Of a DNA stretch of 64,000 bases, positions 1 to 8,510 are shown one piece after another (the stretch's first letter is position 1; each line of letters opens with the position of its first letter). Where the stretch lies: positions 6,272 to 70,271 of the forward strand of contig DATLQD010000133.1 of the NCBI GenBank assembly GCA_035535315.1, written 5' to 3'. The DNA comes from Gaiellaceae bacterium. GTDB taxonomy: Bacteria > Actinomycetota > Thermoleophilia > Gaiellales > Gaiellaceae. The notes below the pieces were generated by a model. The model ran no database searches, had not been told where the DNA came from, and worked only from the letters and a program-made list of their open reading frames with translations. Both the position numbers and the translations under genes were made by a program.

Positions 1-383
1 ACGGCTCCGGTGCGCATCGCCGAGACGACCGTTCCGTCCATGAAAGCGACGGGCAGCCCGGTCTCCGGGTCGGAGAGGAGGATGACCCCGATGCCGCGCG
101 GTAGCCCGCGCGCGGGGTTCTGCGGCACGCTCGGAATCCACTTGAGGCCCGCCATGCGGGTGTTGCCGCCGACGTACGCAGGCATCGCCATGATCCGGCC
201 GAGCTTCTCGTCGCTATCGAGATCGTCGCCCCAGTGAATGACCGCCTTCTTGGGAGAGACGGTCTCTCCGCGATGGTGCAGGACGAGCGTCGCCCCGATC
301 ACCTCGAGGCAGGCGTCCATGTCGAGACCTCCCGCCTCGACGACGTCTTCTTGGGACAGGCAGCGGTAGGAGACCGGAGTCAA
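1..383 (-). CDS. Ornithine cyclodeaminase/mu-crystallin family protein, SbnB-like (N-terminal ~127 codons; 3' end outside the window)
   Basis: Not in the ORF track. Reverse-strand translation from TTG (383..381) gives MTPVSYRCLSQEDVVEAGGLDMDACLEVIGATLVLHHRGETVSPKKAVIHW..RIMAMPAYVGGNTRMAGLKWIPSVPQNPARGLPRGIGVILLSDPETGLPVAFMDGTVVSAMRTGA. This fits the N-terminal pattern I recall for SbnB/OCD enzymes (MP...GG...G.KW..S...N......G.I.L.D..TG.P.A......S..RT.A). TTGA start/stop overlap with the upstream amidotransferase. Confidence 0.65.
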   Translation of the reverse strand, partial: MTPVSYRCLSQEDVVEAGGLDMDACLEVIGATLVLHHRGETVSPKKAVIHWGDDLDSDEKLGRIMAMPAYVGGNTRMAGLKWIPSVPQNPARGLPRGIGVILLSDPETGLPVAFMDGTVVSAMRTGA

Positions 384-1108
384 GCGCCGGCAGGAGCGGC
401 GGCGCGCTCCTCGACGTACGTCACGAAGGCGCTGGACAGCCGGCGGCCGAGCACCTTCCACTCGTCGATCCGCTCTGCAAGCTCTCTCCGTGTCCTGTCG
501 GGGTCGAGTCCGAGCTCGACCGCGCCGGGATCCGACCCGGAGTGGCTGATCCACGTCTCGACGATCGGTCGAGTCACCTCGCAATGGAACTGCGCGCCCC
601 AGACCGACTCACCGACGCGATAGCCCTGGAGGCAGCTGGAGTTGCGCGCCAGCTCGACGGCACCGGGTGGGAGCGTCGACTGGTAGCTGTGCCACTGGAA
701 GGCGGTGAAGCGCTCGGGCAGCGGGCCGAAGACGGGGTCCCGGGCAGCGTCGGGTGCGAGCTCGACCTCGAACCAGCCGATCTCGGGCACCGTGACCCGG
801 CTCACCATGCCGCCCGCCACCTCGGCGACCAGCTGGCTGCCGAGGCAGACGCCGAACGTCGGCACACCCGCCTCGAGGAGCTCTCCGATCGCCTCCTTCT
901 CGGGCCGGAGCCAGGGGTGCGTCTCCTCCTCGTGCGCGTTCATCGAGCCGCCGAAGATCATGGCCGCGTCGTACTCGGCGACCGGGTGCGAGGGCGGCTG
1001 CTCGCCCGCGTAGTTCGCCTGGTGGAGCTCGTGGCCCGCGTCCCGCACGGTCTCGCCGAAGACGCCCGCCTTGGAGTCAGGCCCGTGGACGATGGAGAGA
1101 ACCCGCAT
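380..1108 (-). CDS. Class I glutamine amidotransferase (GMP-synthase-like GATase1 domain protein)
   Basis: C-terminal 243 codons of ORF 380..1543, starting at MRVLSIVHGPDS (ATG 1108..1106). Has the FGVCLGSQL nucleophile-elbow Cys and QFHCEV His/Glu motifs. The upstream 144 codons of the ORF are Arg/Gly/Pro-rich and look like a high-GC artefact. Confidence 0.8.
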   Translation of the reverse strand: MRVLSIVHGPDSKAGVFGETVRDAGHELHQANYAGEQPPSHPVAEYDAAMIFGGSMNAHEEETHPWLRPEKEAIGELLEAGVPTFGVCLGSQLVAEVAGGMVSRVTVPEIGWFEVELAPDAARDPVFGPLPERFTAFQWHSYQSTLPPGAVELARNSSCLQGYRVGESVWGAQFHCEVTRPIVETWISHSGSDPGAVELGLDPDRTRRELAERIDEWKVLGRRLSSAFVTYVEERAAAPAGA

Positions 1109-1113
1109 CGCGT

Positions 1114-1971
1114 CTAGCCTAACGATGCCTCGCGACGCAGTGCCTCCTGGAGTTCCTTGGCGGCCGGGCCTGGAATGCCTGACCCGAGGGACGAGCCGTC
1201 CAGCTCGACGACAGGCATGACCTCCCGGATCGACGAGGAGGTGAACGCCTCCTCGGAGCCCGCCAGGAGCTCGAGGGGAAAGGCACCTTCCCGGACCTCG
1301 TAGCCGAGCTTGCCCGCTCCCGCGATCAGCGTCGCCCGTGTCACGCCCGCGAGGATGCCGAGCTCGAGGGCGGGGGTATAGAGGGCGCGCTCCCGCCGCC
1401 ACCAGACGTTGGTCACAGGACCTTCGAGGACGACGTCGCCGCTCGCCAGGAAGACCGCGTCGTCGGCTCCCCTGCGGCGTGCCTCGGCCTCTGCGGCCAT
1501 ATTGACGGCGTAGCTCGTCGACTTCACTCCGCCGAGGAGCCACGGGGCGACGGCACGCAGGTCGGCCTCGAGCCCGAGAGGCAGCGAGATCATCCTGATG
1601 CCCTCCCGCCGGCGCTGCTCGAGGTCCTCTGGAAGCGAGCTCACGAGCGCGAGCGCCGTAGGCTCACCGACGCCCTCCCGCCCGGCCGTCCAGTAGAGCC
1701 GCAGGGCGCAATCGGGGACGTCGGCCGTTTCCAGGGCGGTGACGGCAAGCGAGTGGCACTCGTCGCGGTCGACCTCGGGCAGTCCGATGCGAGCCGCCGA
1801 GCCGGCCAGGCGGTCGAGATGCTCGTCCAGCTTGAAAGGGCGGCCGTTGTAGACCCGCGTTGTCTCGAAGGCCGCGCGGCCCCGGATCAAGCCCTCGTCG
1901 TCGGCATGGAGGACGGGCTCCTCCGGATCGACAACGCCGCGGCCTCGGACCGCGAGTGCGAGAAGCGTCAT
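1114..1971 (-). CDS. pabC: Aminodeoxychorismate lyase / class IV aminotransferase
   Basis: C-terminal 285 aa of the artefactual 1033-aa ORF 1114..4215, starting MTLLALAVRGRGVVDPEEPVLHADDEGLIRGRAAFETTRVYNGRPFKLDEHLDRL (fold-type IV PLP enzyme pattern). ATGA overlap with pabB (1968..1971). Confidence 0.8.
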   Translation of the reverse strand: MTLLALAVRGRGVVDPEEPVLHADDEGLIRGRAAFETTRVYNGRPFKLDEHLDRLAGSAARIGLPEVDRDECHSLAVTALETADVPDCALRLYWTAGREGVGEPTALALVSSLPEDLEQRRREGIRMISLPLGLEADLRAVAPWLLGGVKSTSYAVNMAAEAEARRRGADDAVFLASGDVVLEGPVTNVWWRRERALYTPALELGILAGVTRATLIAGAGKLGYEVREGAFPLELLAGSEEAFTSSSIREVMPVVELDGSSLGSGIPGPAAKELQEALRREASLG

Positions 1972-3020
1972 GCGAGCGCCGGCTCGGGCAACGGCGCGCC
2001 GATCGCCGCGAGGAGGGGGCGTGCCTTCACCCAGGACTCCTCGATCTCGGCCTCGGTCTCCGAGTCCCAGACGATGCCGCCGCCGACCCAGAGATGGATG
2101 CGGCCCTCCGCGACTGCGAACGTCCGGATCGTCAGCGCCAGGTCGAAGTCGCCGTTCGGATAAATCCGGCCGATTGCTCCCATCGACGCCCCGCGCCCGA
2201 CGGGCTCGAGTCGCGCGATGTGGTCGACGGCCGCGATCTTCGGTGCACCCGTGATCGAGCCGCCCGGAAAGGTCGCCGCGAGTATCTCCGCCAGGCCGAC
2301 GCCCTCTCGCAGACGGCCCTTGACCGTCGACACGAGGTGCGAGACCCCCGCGAGTCGATGCTCTTCGAGCAGCTCCGGCCAGCGAATGCTCCCGGGCTCG
2401 CAGACCCGCGAGAGGTCGTTCCGCTCCAGGTCGACAATCATGACGTGCTCGGCGGTGTCTTTCTCGGATGCCGCAAGCTCGCCCGTGGAGCCGAGCGGGC
2501 GCGTTCCCTTGATCGGCTTCGTCCAGAGGTGGCGGCCGCGCCGGGCGAGGAAGAGCTCGGGGGAGGCCGACACGATCGCCCACCCGCTGCCGAGTAGTGG
2601 CTCGCCGTGGAGCGGTGCCAGCGGCGCCAGCCGGGCGGCCAGGCTTGCTGGATCCCCCTCGAAGGGCGCAGACAGGTGCTGGACGAGATTCACCTGGTAG
2701 ACGTCCCCGCGTGCGATCGCATCCTGCACCGCCTCGATCGCAGCTGCGTAGCCGGCGTCGGTCCACGAGCGGCGCCAGGCGCCGATGCGAAAACCTCCGG
2801 TCCCATCGCTCCGCTCGGTCGAAGGACGGATCCTGCACGCGGCGAGCGGCAGCCGGCACGGCTCGTCCGGCAGGGGCGGGGTCGCATCGCGACGGAGGAT
2901 CTGCGAGAGGCCGTAGCCGAGGAATACGTCGGCGAGCTGGTCCCCGCCGAAGAACTCGCTCTGACGAAGATAATCCTCCACCCGCGCGAAGGCGTCCTGC
3001 GCGTCCCAGAGCTCGAGCAC
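1968..3020 (-). CDS. pabB: Aminodeoxychorismate synthase component I (chorismate-binding enzyme family), short form
   Basis: ORF 350 aa. Has chorismate-utilising motifs VYQVNL, SASPELF, TKPIKGTRP, EHVMIVDLERNDL, FPGGSITGAPK, GGGIVWDS. Coupled to a class IV aminotransferase gene. Confidence 0.8.
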   Translation of the reverse strand: MLELWDAQDAFARVEDYLRQSEFFGGDQLADVFLGYGLSQILRRDATPPLPDEPCRLPLAACRIRPSTERSDGTGGFRIGAWRRSWTDAGYAAAIEAVQDAIARGDVYQVNLVQHLSAPFEGDPASLAARLAPLAPLHGEPLLGSGWAIVSASPELFLARRGRHLWTKPIKGTRPLGSTGELAASEKDTAEHVMIVDLERNDLSRVCEPGSIRWPELLEEHRLAGVSHLVSTVKGRLREGVGLAEILAATFPGGSITGAPKIAAVDHIARLEPVGRGASMGAIGRIYPNGDFDLALTIRTFAVAEGRIHLWVGGGIVWDSETEAEIEESWVKARPLLAAIGAPLPEPALA

Positions 3021-3081
3021 GGGCCCTAAGGTAGTAGAAGAGCGCCACGGCGCGGTCCACGGGCACTCGTAGAATCATTCT

Positions 3082-3900
3082 GTGGACGGGCGGCCGATCG
3101 GCATCTTCGACTCCGGGGCGGGCGGACTCACAGTCCTGCACGAGTGCCTCGTCACCATGCCCCACGAGGACTTCGTCTATCTCGGCGACGGTGCGCGGTG
3201 CCCGTACGGCCCGCGTCCGGCTGACGAGATCCGCCGCTTCGCACTCGAGATCGCCTCCTACCTCGATCGCTCCAACGTCAAGCTGATCGTGGACGCCTGC
3301 AACACCGCCACGGCTGCCGCGCTTCCGCTTCTCCAGGAGCAGCTCTCCGTCCCGGTTGTCGGCGTCCTCGCCCCGGAGGCGCATGCGGCCGTCCAGGCGA
3401 CCCGGAACCGGAGGATCGGCGTTCTCGCGACTGCCGCGACGGTGGAGAGCGGGCGCTACGCGGCCACGATCCGGGCGCTCGATGCAGGCACATCGGTCGT
3501 CTCGGTCGCCTGCCCGAAGCTTGTCCCGATGATCGAGGCTGGCGCCGTCGACGAGGGCCTGCACGCAGCCGTCCGCGAGTACGCGGCCCCGCTCAGAGAT
3601 GCCGGGGTCGACACGGTGATCCTCGGCTGCACTCACTTTCCGCTGATCCGGCCCGTGTTCGAGCGCGTCTTCGGGCGTGGCACGGCGCTCATCTTCTCGG
3701 CGGACGAAACTGCGCGAGAGGTCGCCGAGACGCTGGCCCGGCGCGGCGTCGCAAACGACGTCTCGCGCGAGGGAGGGTGTCGGTTCCTGACGACGGGCTC
3801 GCCGGAGGAGTTCCGTGCGCTCGGCGAGCGCTTCCTGCAGCTTCCGGTCGGGGCCGTCGAGCAGATCGCGGTCAGCGAGCTCGAGCTCGCAGCGGCATGA
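3082..3900 (+). CDS. murI: Glutamate racemase
   Basis: IGIFDSGAGGLTVL, VDACNTATA and LGCTHFP motifs (the two catalytic Cys contexts). Confidence 0.9.
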   Translation: MDGRPIGIFDSGAGGLTVLHECLVTMPHEDFVYLGDGARCPYGPRPADEIRRFALEIASYLDRSNVKLIVDACNTATAAALPLLQEQLSVPVVGVLAPEAHAAVQATRNRRIGVLATAATVESGRYAATIRALDAGTSVVSVACPKLVPMIEAGAVDEGLHAAVREYAAPLRDAGVDTVILGCTHFPLIRPVFERVFGRGTALIFSADETAREVAETLARRGVANDVSREGGCRFLTTGSPEEFRALGERFLQLPVGAVEQIAVSELELAAA

Positions 3901-3925
3901 CCGTCCCGCGCCTCCGGCTCGCTCC

Positions 3926-3952
3926 CGCGGGGGAAACCATGTTTCCCCCGCG
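3926..3952 (+). terminator. Strong GC hairpin after murI (12-bp perfect stem CGCGGGGGAAAC/GTTTCCCCCGCG, 3-nt loop), no T-tract
   Basis: Read directly from the sequence. A second 6-bp hairpin GGAACC-TTCC-GGTTCC lies at 3980..3995 in the same 136-nt murI-rph spacer. Confidence 0.4.
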
Positions 3953-4036
3953 AGCCCCCTGCTTACTGTCCAACGTAGAGGAACCTTCCGGTTCCCCCAC
4001 ACCCCGTCCACGCGCTCATAGGCCAAAGGTCGGCCC

Positions 4037-4732
4037 ATGAGCCGCGAGGGTCGCCGCCCCGACGAGCTTCGCCCCGTCTCGATCGACACGGGCTTCCTCG
4101 AGCAGGCCGATGGCTCGGCCCTCATCTCGTTCGGCCGCACGCGCGTCCTCTGCACGGCCTCGATCGAGGACAGCGTGCCGCGTTGGCTCGCCGGCAGCGG
4201 GCGGGGCTGGCTCACCGCCGAGTACGGGATGCTCCCGGCCTCGACCGGCCAGCGGATCCGCCGCGAGGCCAGCGAGGGAAAGCAAAAAGGCCGGACGGTC
4301 GAGATCCAGCGGCTGATCGGGCGCTCGCTCCGGGCTGCTTACGACATGCAGACGCTCGGGGAGCGGACGGTCTGGCTCGACTGCGACGTGATCGAGGCCG
4401 ACGGCGGGACCCGGACCGCGGCGATCAGCGGCGCCTGGGTCGCGCTCGCATGCGCGGCGGCGAAGCGCGGGTTGCCGGCTCCGGCCGACGTTGTCAGCGC
4501 CGTCTCGGTCGGGATCGTGGAGGGCCAGCCCTTGCTCGACCTCGATTACGGGGAAGATTCGACCGCGGAGGTCGACATGAACGTGGTCATGACCGGCGAC
4601 GGTCGGCTGATCGAGGTGCAGGCGACGGCGGAGCAGGTGCCCTTCAAGCGCGCGCAGCTCGACGAGCTGCTCGGCCTCGCCGCTACCGGAATCGACGAGA
4701 TCGCCGTCGTGCAGCGAGAAGCGGCGGCGTGA
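4037..4732 (+). CDS. rph: Ribonuclease PH
   Basis: [38 protein letters not shown]... matches the RNase PH family over its full length (231 aa). Confidence 0.9.
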   Translation: MSREGRRPDELRPVSIDTGFLEQADGSALISFGRTRVLCTASIEDSVPRWLAGSGRGWLTAEYGMLPASTGQRIRREASEGKQKGRTVEIQRLIGRSLRAAYDMQTLGERTVWLDCDVIEADGGTRTAAISGAWVALACAAAKRGLPAPADVVSAVSVGIVEGQPLLDLDYGEDSTAEVDMNVVMTGDGRLIEVQATAEQVPFKRAQLDELLGLAATGIDEIAVVQREAAA

Positions 4733-4775
4733 ACTGATTCCGGAGATCTCGGACTGGGAGATCGCGCTCCGACTC

Positions 4776-5417
4776 GTGCTCGCCGCGGGTCTCTCCGGCC
4801 TTGTCGGCCTCGAGCGCGAGCTGCGCGAGCGCGCAGCCGGCCTGCGGACGCACATGCTGGTCGGACTCGGCTCGGCGCTCTTCACGGTCGTCTCCGCCTA
4901 CGCCTGGGGAGACTTCACCTTCGACCGCTCACAGGGGACCGTGCTCGACCCGACGCGAATCGCAGCCCAGATCGTGACCGGGATCGGATTTCTCGGCGCA
5001 GGCGCCATCATCCGCCAGGGACTCTCGGTCCGCGGGCTCACGACCGCGGCCGGACTCTGGGTCGTGGCCGCGATCGGAATGGCAGTCGGTGCCGGCTTCT
5101 ATCTGCCGGCACTGATTACGACCGGCCTCGTGCTGGTGGGGCTCGGGCCCTTCCGCTGGTTCGAGGGCTCGCTCGGGCGGTTCCGCCGATCGGGGCGCGT
5201 CCTGGAGGTCGACCTTCGCCCGGAGCAGCCCATCTCGGGCGTGCTCGCGGTGCTCGAAGGGCGGCGCAGCCGTGTCGACAACGTCGAGCTCGAGGACGAG
5301 GAGGACAGCCGAAAGCTCCGGATCGAGCTCGACCTCCCCTTCGGCGGGAGCGGCCGGGACGTCATCGAGCAGCTTTCGGCGCTCGACGAGGTGATCGGCG
5401 TCCGCTGGAGACAGTAA
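4776..5417 (+). CDS. MgtC/SapB family membrane protein
   Basis: GLVGLERELRERAAGLRTHMLVGLGSALF, several TM segments, and a C-terminal ACT-like domain. The family-typical N-terminus (..DWEIALRLVLAAGLSG) lies upstream of the first GTG. The true start may be a near-cognate codon (CTG 4734 or ATT 4737), 2-5 nt after the rph stop. Confidence 0.8.
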   Translation: MLAAGLSGLVGLERELRERAAGLRTHMLVGLGSALFTVVSAYAWGDFTFDRSQGTVLDPTRIAAQIVTGIGFLGAGAIIRQGLSVRGLTTAAGLWVVAAIGMAVGAGFYLPALITTGLVLVGLGPFRWFEGSLGRFRRSGRVLEVDLRPEQPISGVLAVLEGRRSRVDNVELEDEEDSRKLRIELDLPFGGSGRDVIEQLSALDEVIGVRWRQ

Positions 5418-6007
5418 GGCTCGTCCTCGCCTCCCGGAACCCGCACAAGGCGCGGGAGCTCCGCGCGACCCTTCCCGGCTGGGAGATCGAGCTGCTCGAG
5501 ACCGACCGAGATCCTCCTTCCGAGACGGGCTCTACCTTCGCCGAGAACGCGCAAGGGAAGGCCCGGTTCGGCCGGGAGGTTCTCGCCCGGGACGACGTCT
5601 GGGTGCTGGGCGAAGACTCGGGGCTCGAGGTGGACGCCCTTTTCGGCGCGCCGGGCATTCTCTCGGCTCGCTACGACGGTGAGGGAGCGACTGACGAAGC
5701 AAACCTGGGAAAGCTCCTCGACGAGCTCGCGGGGCAGACCATGGGCAGGCAGGCGCGCTACGTCTCCGAGCTCGTGGGGCTCGGTCCGGGCGGCGCCGAG
5801 ATCCGGGCGACCGGCGAGCTCAGAGGGCGAATCGCCGAGGCGCCCTCGGGCTCGGAAGGCTTCGGCTACGACCCAGTCTTCGTGCCGGAAGGAGAAGAAC
5901 GCACGGTGGCTGAGCTCGGCGACGCTTGGAAGGCGGAGCACAGCCATCGCACGCACGCCGTCCGAGCCTTCGCACGGGCCTTGGAAGCGACCTCCCCGGT
6001 CGAGTAA
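5405..6007 (+). CDS. rdgB: dITP/XTP pyrophosphatase (RdgB/HAM1 family)
   Basis: The ORF track starts at 5603, but the same frame is open from before 5405 and reads ..VRLVLASRNPHKARELRATLPGWEIELLE...GSTFAENAQGKA.., the canonical RdgB N-terminus. The C-terminus has FGYDPVF and SHR. No ATG/GTG/TTG lies in frame between 5342 and 5603, so CTG at 5405 is used here as a provisional start. Confidence 0.8.
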   Translation: METVRLVLASRNPHKARELRATLPGWEIELLETDRDPPSETGSTFAENAQGKARFGREVLARDDVWVLGEDSGLEVDALFGAPGILSARYDGEGATDEANLGKLLDELAGQTMGRQARYVSELVGLGPGGAEIRATGELRGRIAEAPSGSEGFGYDPVFVPEGEERTVAELGDAWKAEHSHRTHAVRAFARALEATSPVE

Positions 6008-6016
6008 GGTGCGCCG

Positions 6017-6439
6017 GTGTCGCTCTTCTCACACGACACGAAGGCCGAGGCGCTCGGACGCGTCCCGCTCTTTTCGGGCCTGTCGAAGAAGGAGCTGACC
6101 GAGCTCGCGAAGATCACCGAGGACCTCGAGGTCCCTGCCGGCAAGGTGCTCTGCCGCGAGGGCGAGACCGCGCGCGAGTTCTTCGTCATCGTCGAGGGCG
6201 AGGTCGAGGTCACCCGTGGCGGCGAGATGATTGCAACGCTCGGGCCGGGCGACTTCTTCGGTGAGATCGGGCTCTTCGAGCACATCCCACGAACTGCGAC
6301 CGTGACGGCGAAGACTCCGCTCCGGTTCTTCGTGCTCCACAGCCAGGCCTTCTGGACCCTGCTCGATCACGAGCCGGAAGTGCAGGGCAGCATCCTCCGC
6401 GCGCTCGCGAAGCGCGTCCTCGCCGACTCTACGATCTAA
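6017..6439 (+). CDS. Stand-alone cyclic-nucleotide-binding domain protein
   Basis: PLFSGLSKKELTELAK...GETAREFFVIVEGEVEV...GPGDFFGEIGL...PRTATVTA fits the cNMP-binding beta-barrel with phosphate-binding cassette. No effector domain (140 aa). Confidence 0.8.
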   Translation: MSLFSHDTKAEALGRVPLFSGLSKKELTELAKITEDLEVPAGKVLCREGETAREFFVIVEGEVEVTRGGEMIATLGPGDFFGEIGLFEHIPRTATVTAKTPLRFFVLHSQAFWTLLDHEPEVQGSILRALAKRVLADSTI

Positions 6440-7248
6440 GCGAGGCCGACCGGCGGCTCCTCGGCCGGCTTGCGGGCGCGTGCGACCCACCAGTTGATCT
6501 CGGCGCCCAGGACCAGGATGTTCGCCATCACGTAGAGCCAGAAGAGGAGCAGGACGAGCCCTCCGAAGGCCTGGAGGGTCACGAGTCCCTCCGTTGCCCG
6601 CACGAACAGGGGCAGAACCTGGAAGCTGGCCTGGAGGAGGAGGGCCGCGAAGGTGGCTCCTGGGAGGGTCTCCCGCCAGGTGAGGGGCTCGTTGGTGAGG
6701 ATCCGGTAGACGCTCCACGCGAACCCCAGCACGAGCAGCGTGGAGACGGCGATGCCGTAGACGTACGCGAGAACCGGTCCGATGTACGTCGTGTCCTTGG
6801 CGAGCTCAACGCCGAACGAGCTGACGATGAGGGCCACGAAGAGCACCACCAGTGCCGTGGCAGTCAGGAGCAGGACGAGGAGCTTCTGGTGGACGAAGGA
6901 GCGGTTCGGGAGCCCGTAGACGATGTTGAACGCCGACTCCAGCACGCTGAAGAATCCGAGCGCGCTCCAGAGAAGGCCGACGGCGCCGATGATGCCCACG
7001 GTGCCGGCGCTCTCGCGGATCGAGTCGACGACGGAGAGGAGACGGTCGACTGAGGTTTGGGGGAACGCACGCTGGAGCTGCTCGATCAGGTAGCTCGACT
7101 CGTTCTGCTCGCCGGTCAGCGCGACGAGTGAAAGCGCGAGGAAGAGGAGGGGGACGAACGAGAGGAGTGCGAAGTACGCCACCATCGCGGCGAGGTGGGT
7201 TCCACGGTCGCGCAGGAACTTCCCCAGGATGGCCGAGACGCCGCGCAT
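6436..7248 (-). CDS. YihY/BrkB (virulence factor BrkB / RNase BN-like) family membrane protein
   Basis: FLRDRGTHLAAMVAYFALLSFVPLLFLALS N-terminus and about 6 TM segments, typical of the YihY family. Confidence 0.8.
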   Translation of the reverse strand: MRGVSAILGKFLRDRGTHLAAMVAYFALLSFVPLLFLALSLVALTGEQNESSYLIEQLQRAFPQTSVDRLLSVVDSIRESAGTVGIIGAVGLLWSALGFFSVLESAFNIVYGLPNRSFVHQKLLVLLLTATALVVLFVALIVSSFGVELAKDTTYIGPVLAYVYGIAVSTLLVLGFAWSVYRILTNEPLTWRETLPGATFAALLLQASFQVLPLFVRATEGLVTLQAFGGLVLLLFWLYVMANILVLGAEINWWVARARKPAEEPPVGLA

Positions 7249-7291
7249 CGCGCGAGTCTAGGAGGGATAGAGGCTGTGGTAGGTTGGCCGC

Positions 7292-7693
7292 ATGGACGCC
7301 GCACAGGCGCTCGCCGACCTGACAGAGATCTCGACCCAGATCCAGGCGGCGCTGATTGCGGACGAGAAGGGGGCGGTGCTTGCGTCCACGTTCGCCGACG
7401 ACGCGACCGCCGGCCAGGCCGCGCGGTCTGCGCTCGACCTCCTTGCCGCGGCCGAGGACGCCGGTCGAAACGGCACCGTGCGCCTGACGCAGCTTCTGGC
7501 GGCAACGCGCGACGGTTCAGTCTTCGTGGTGCGGGGAGAAGAGCGGATCGCCACCGCGATCACGGGCCCTGAGCCGACGGTCGGGCTCGTCTTCTATGAC
7601 CTGAAGACCTGCCTGCGGTTGTCTGCCGAGCAGCCCGAGAAACCCATGCCGTCCCGGAGTAAGAAAGACGAGGGGGAGAGCGTCGATGCGTAG
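7292..7693 (+). CDS. Putative roadblock/LC7 (MglB-like) domain protein
   Basis: 133 aa. The pattern ..IQAALIADEKGAVLAS......RLTQLLAATRDGSVFVVRGEERIATAITGPEPTVGLVFYDLK resembles the Robl/LC7 fold signature. Recognition by eye only. Confidence 0.45.
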   Translation: MDAAQALADLTEISTQIQAALIADEKGAVLASTFADDATAGQAARSALDLLAAAEDAGRNGTVRLTQLLAATRDGSVFVVRGEERIATAITGPEPTVGLVFYDLKTCLRLSAEQPEKPMPSRSKKDEGESVDA

Positions 7694-7889
7694 TGCCCTC
7701 CGATGGGGCGTCGTCGCTCTTGGGTCGGCTGCCGGCCTCGCGCTTTGGCGCCGGTCGTCCGGCAAGGACCGCGAACGGGTCGAGCTCTATTTCTCGGACG
7801 GCTCGATGGTGTCATTCCCGGAGGACTCGACCGAGGCGGCGAGGCTCATACCGCTCGCGCGCCAGGTCCTCACCAACGCACGCGGGTGA
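7686..7889 (+). CDS. Small hypothetical protein with an N-terminal TM/signal-like segment
   Basis: 67-aa ORF with GC-rich third positions. Overlaps the upstream ORF by 8 nt and pyrE by GTGA. Confidence 0.4.
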   Translation: MRSALRWGVVALGSAAGLALWRRSSGKDRERVELYFSDGSMVSFPEDSTEAARLIPLARQVLTNARG

Positions 7890-8428
7890 CGGACGCGGAG
7901 CTCGCGAAGCGAATCCGCGAGCGCGCGTACCTCGAGGGCGACTTCGTTCTGCGCTCGGGCCGCCGCTCCCGCTACTACCTGGACAAGTATCGGTTCGAGA
8001 CCGACCCGGAGCTCTTGCGCGAGCTCGGCGAGCGGATCGCAGCCTTTGTCGGCGAGAGTTCCGAGCGGCCCGACCGGTTGGCGGGCCCCGAGCTCGGCGC
8101 CGTCGCGCTCGCCGCTTCCGCCTCGCTTGCATCCGGGCTGCCCTTCCTAATCGTTCGAAACGGGGCGAAGGGTTACGGAACCAACCGTGTGCTCGAGGGT
8201 GTCTTCGAGCCCGGCGAGCGCGTCTGTCTCGTCGAGGATGTCGTGACCACCGGGGGCGCCGCGGTCAAGGCCGTGGAGGAGCTCCGGGCGGCCGGCCTCG
8301 AGTGCCGGACGGCGGTCTGCGTGGTGGATCGGGAGGAGGGCGGAGTGGACGCCCTCGCCCGTCAGGCCGTCCGGTTGACGCCGCTCTTTCGCGCCAGTGA
8401 GATCGCTGCGGCCGAAAAAGACCCGTAA
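7886..8428 (+). CDS. pyrE: Orotate phosphoribosyltransferase
   Basis: Internal GTG start (7886) in ORF 7703..8428. Has ERAYLEGDFVLRSGRRSRYYLDKY and the PRPP-binding loop VCLVEDVVTTGG. Confidence 0.9.
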   Translation: MTDAELAKRIRERAYLEGDFVLRSGRRSRYYLDKYRFETDPELLRELGERIAAFVGESSERPDRLAGPELGAVALAASASLASGLPFLIVRNGAKGYGTNRVLEGVFEPGERVCLVEDVVTTGGAAVKAVEELRAAGLECRTAVCVVDREEGGVDALARQAVRLTPLFRASEIAAAEKDP

Positions 8429-8438
8429 ACCCGCATCA

Positions 8439-8467
8439 TTGCGTGGAATCGCGCCCCCTGTTAGTCT
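8439..8467 (+). promoter_or_regulatory. Candidate sigma-70-type promoter for hup (TTGCGT - 17 nt - TAGTCT)
   Basis: Hexamers and spacing read directly. Lies 44 nt upstream of the hup GTG, which is preceded by GGAGGAGGAG. Confidence 0.4.
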
Positions 8468-8510
8468 GGTGCCGCTTCACCACGGACCCAAGACGGAGGA
8501 GGAGAGCGCA

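Noticed and set aside
1114-4215. 1033-aa reverse-strand ORF, together with similar giants at 25423..28338 (971 aa), 52728..55028 (766 aa), 35735..37849 (704 aa), 9770..11203, 28345..29757 and others.
   Set aside because: These are high-GC shadow ORFs. Their translations are dominated by Arg/Pro/Gly/Ala runs with no domain signatures, and they overlap well-supported genes in other frames. Only their short terminal parts (pabC, acpS and similar) are real.
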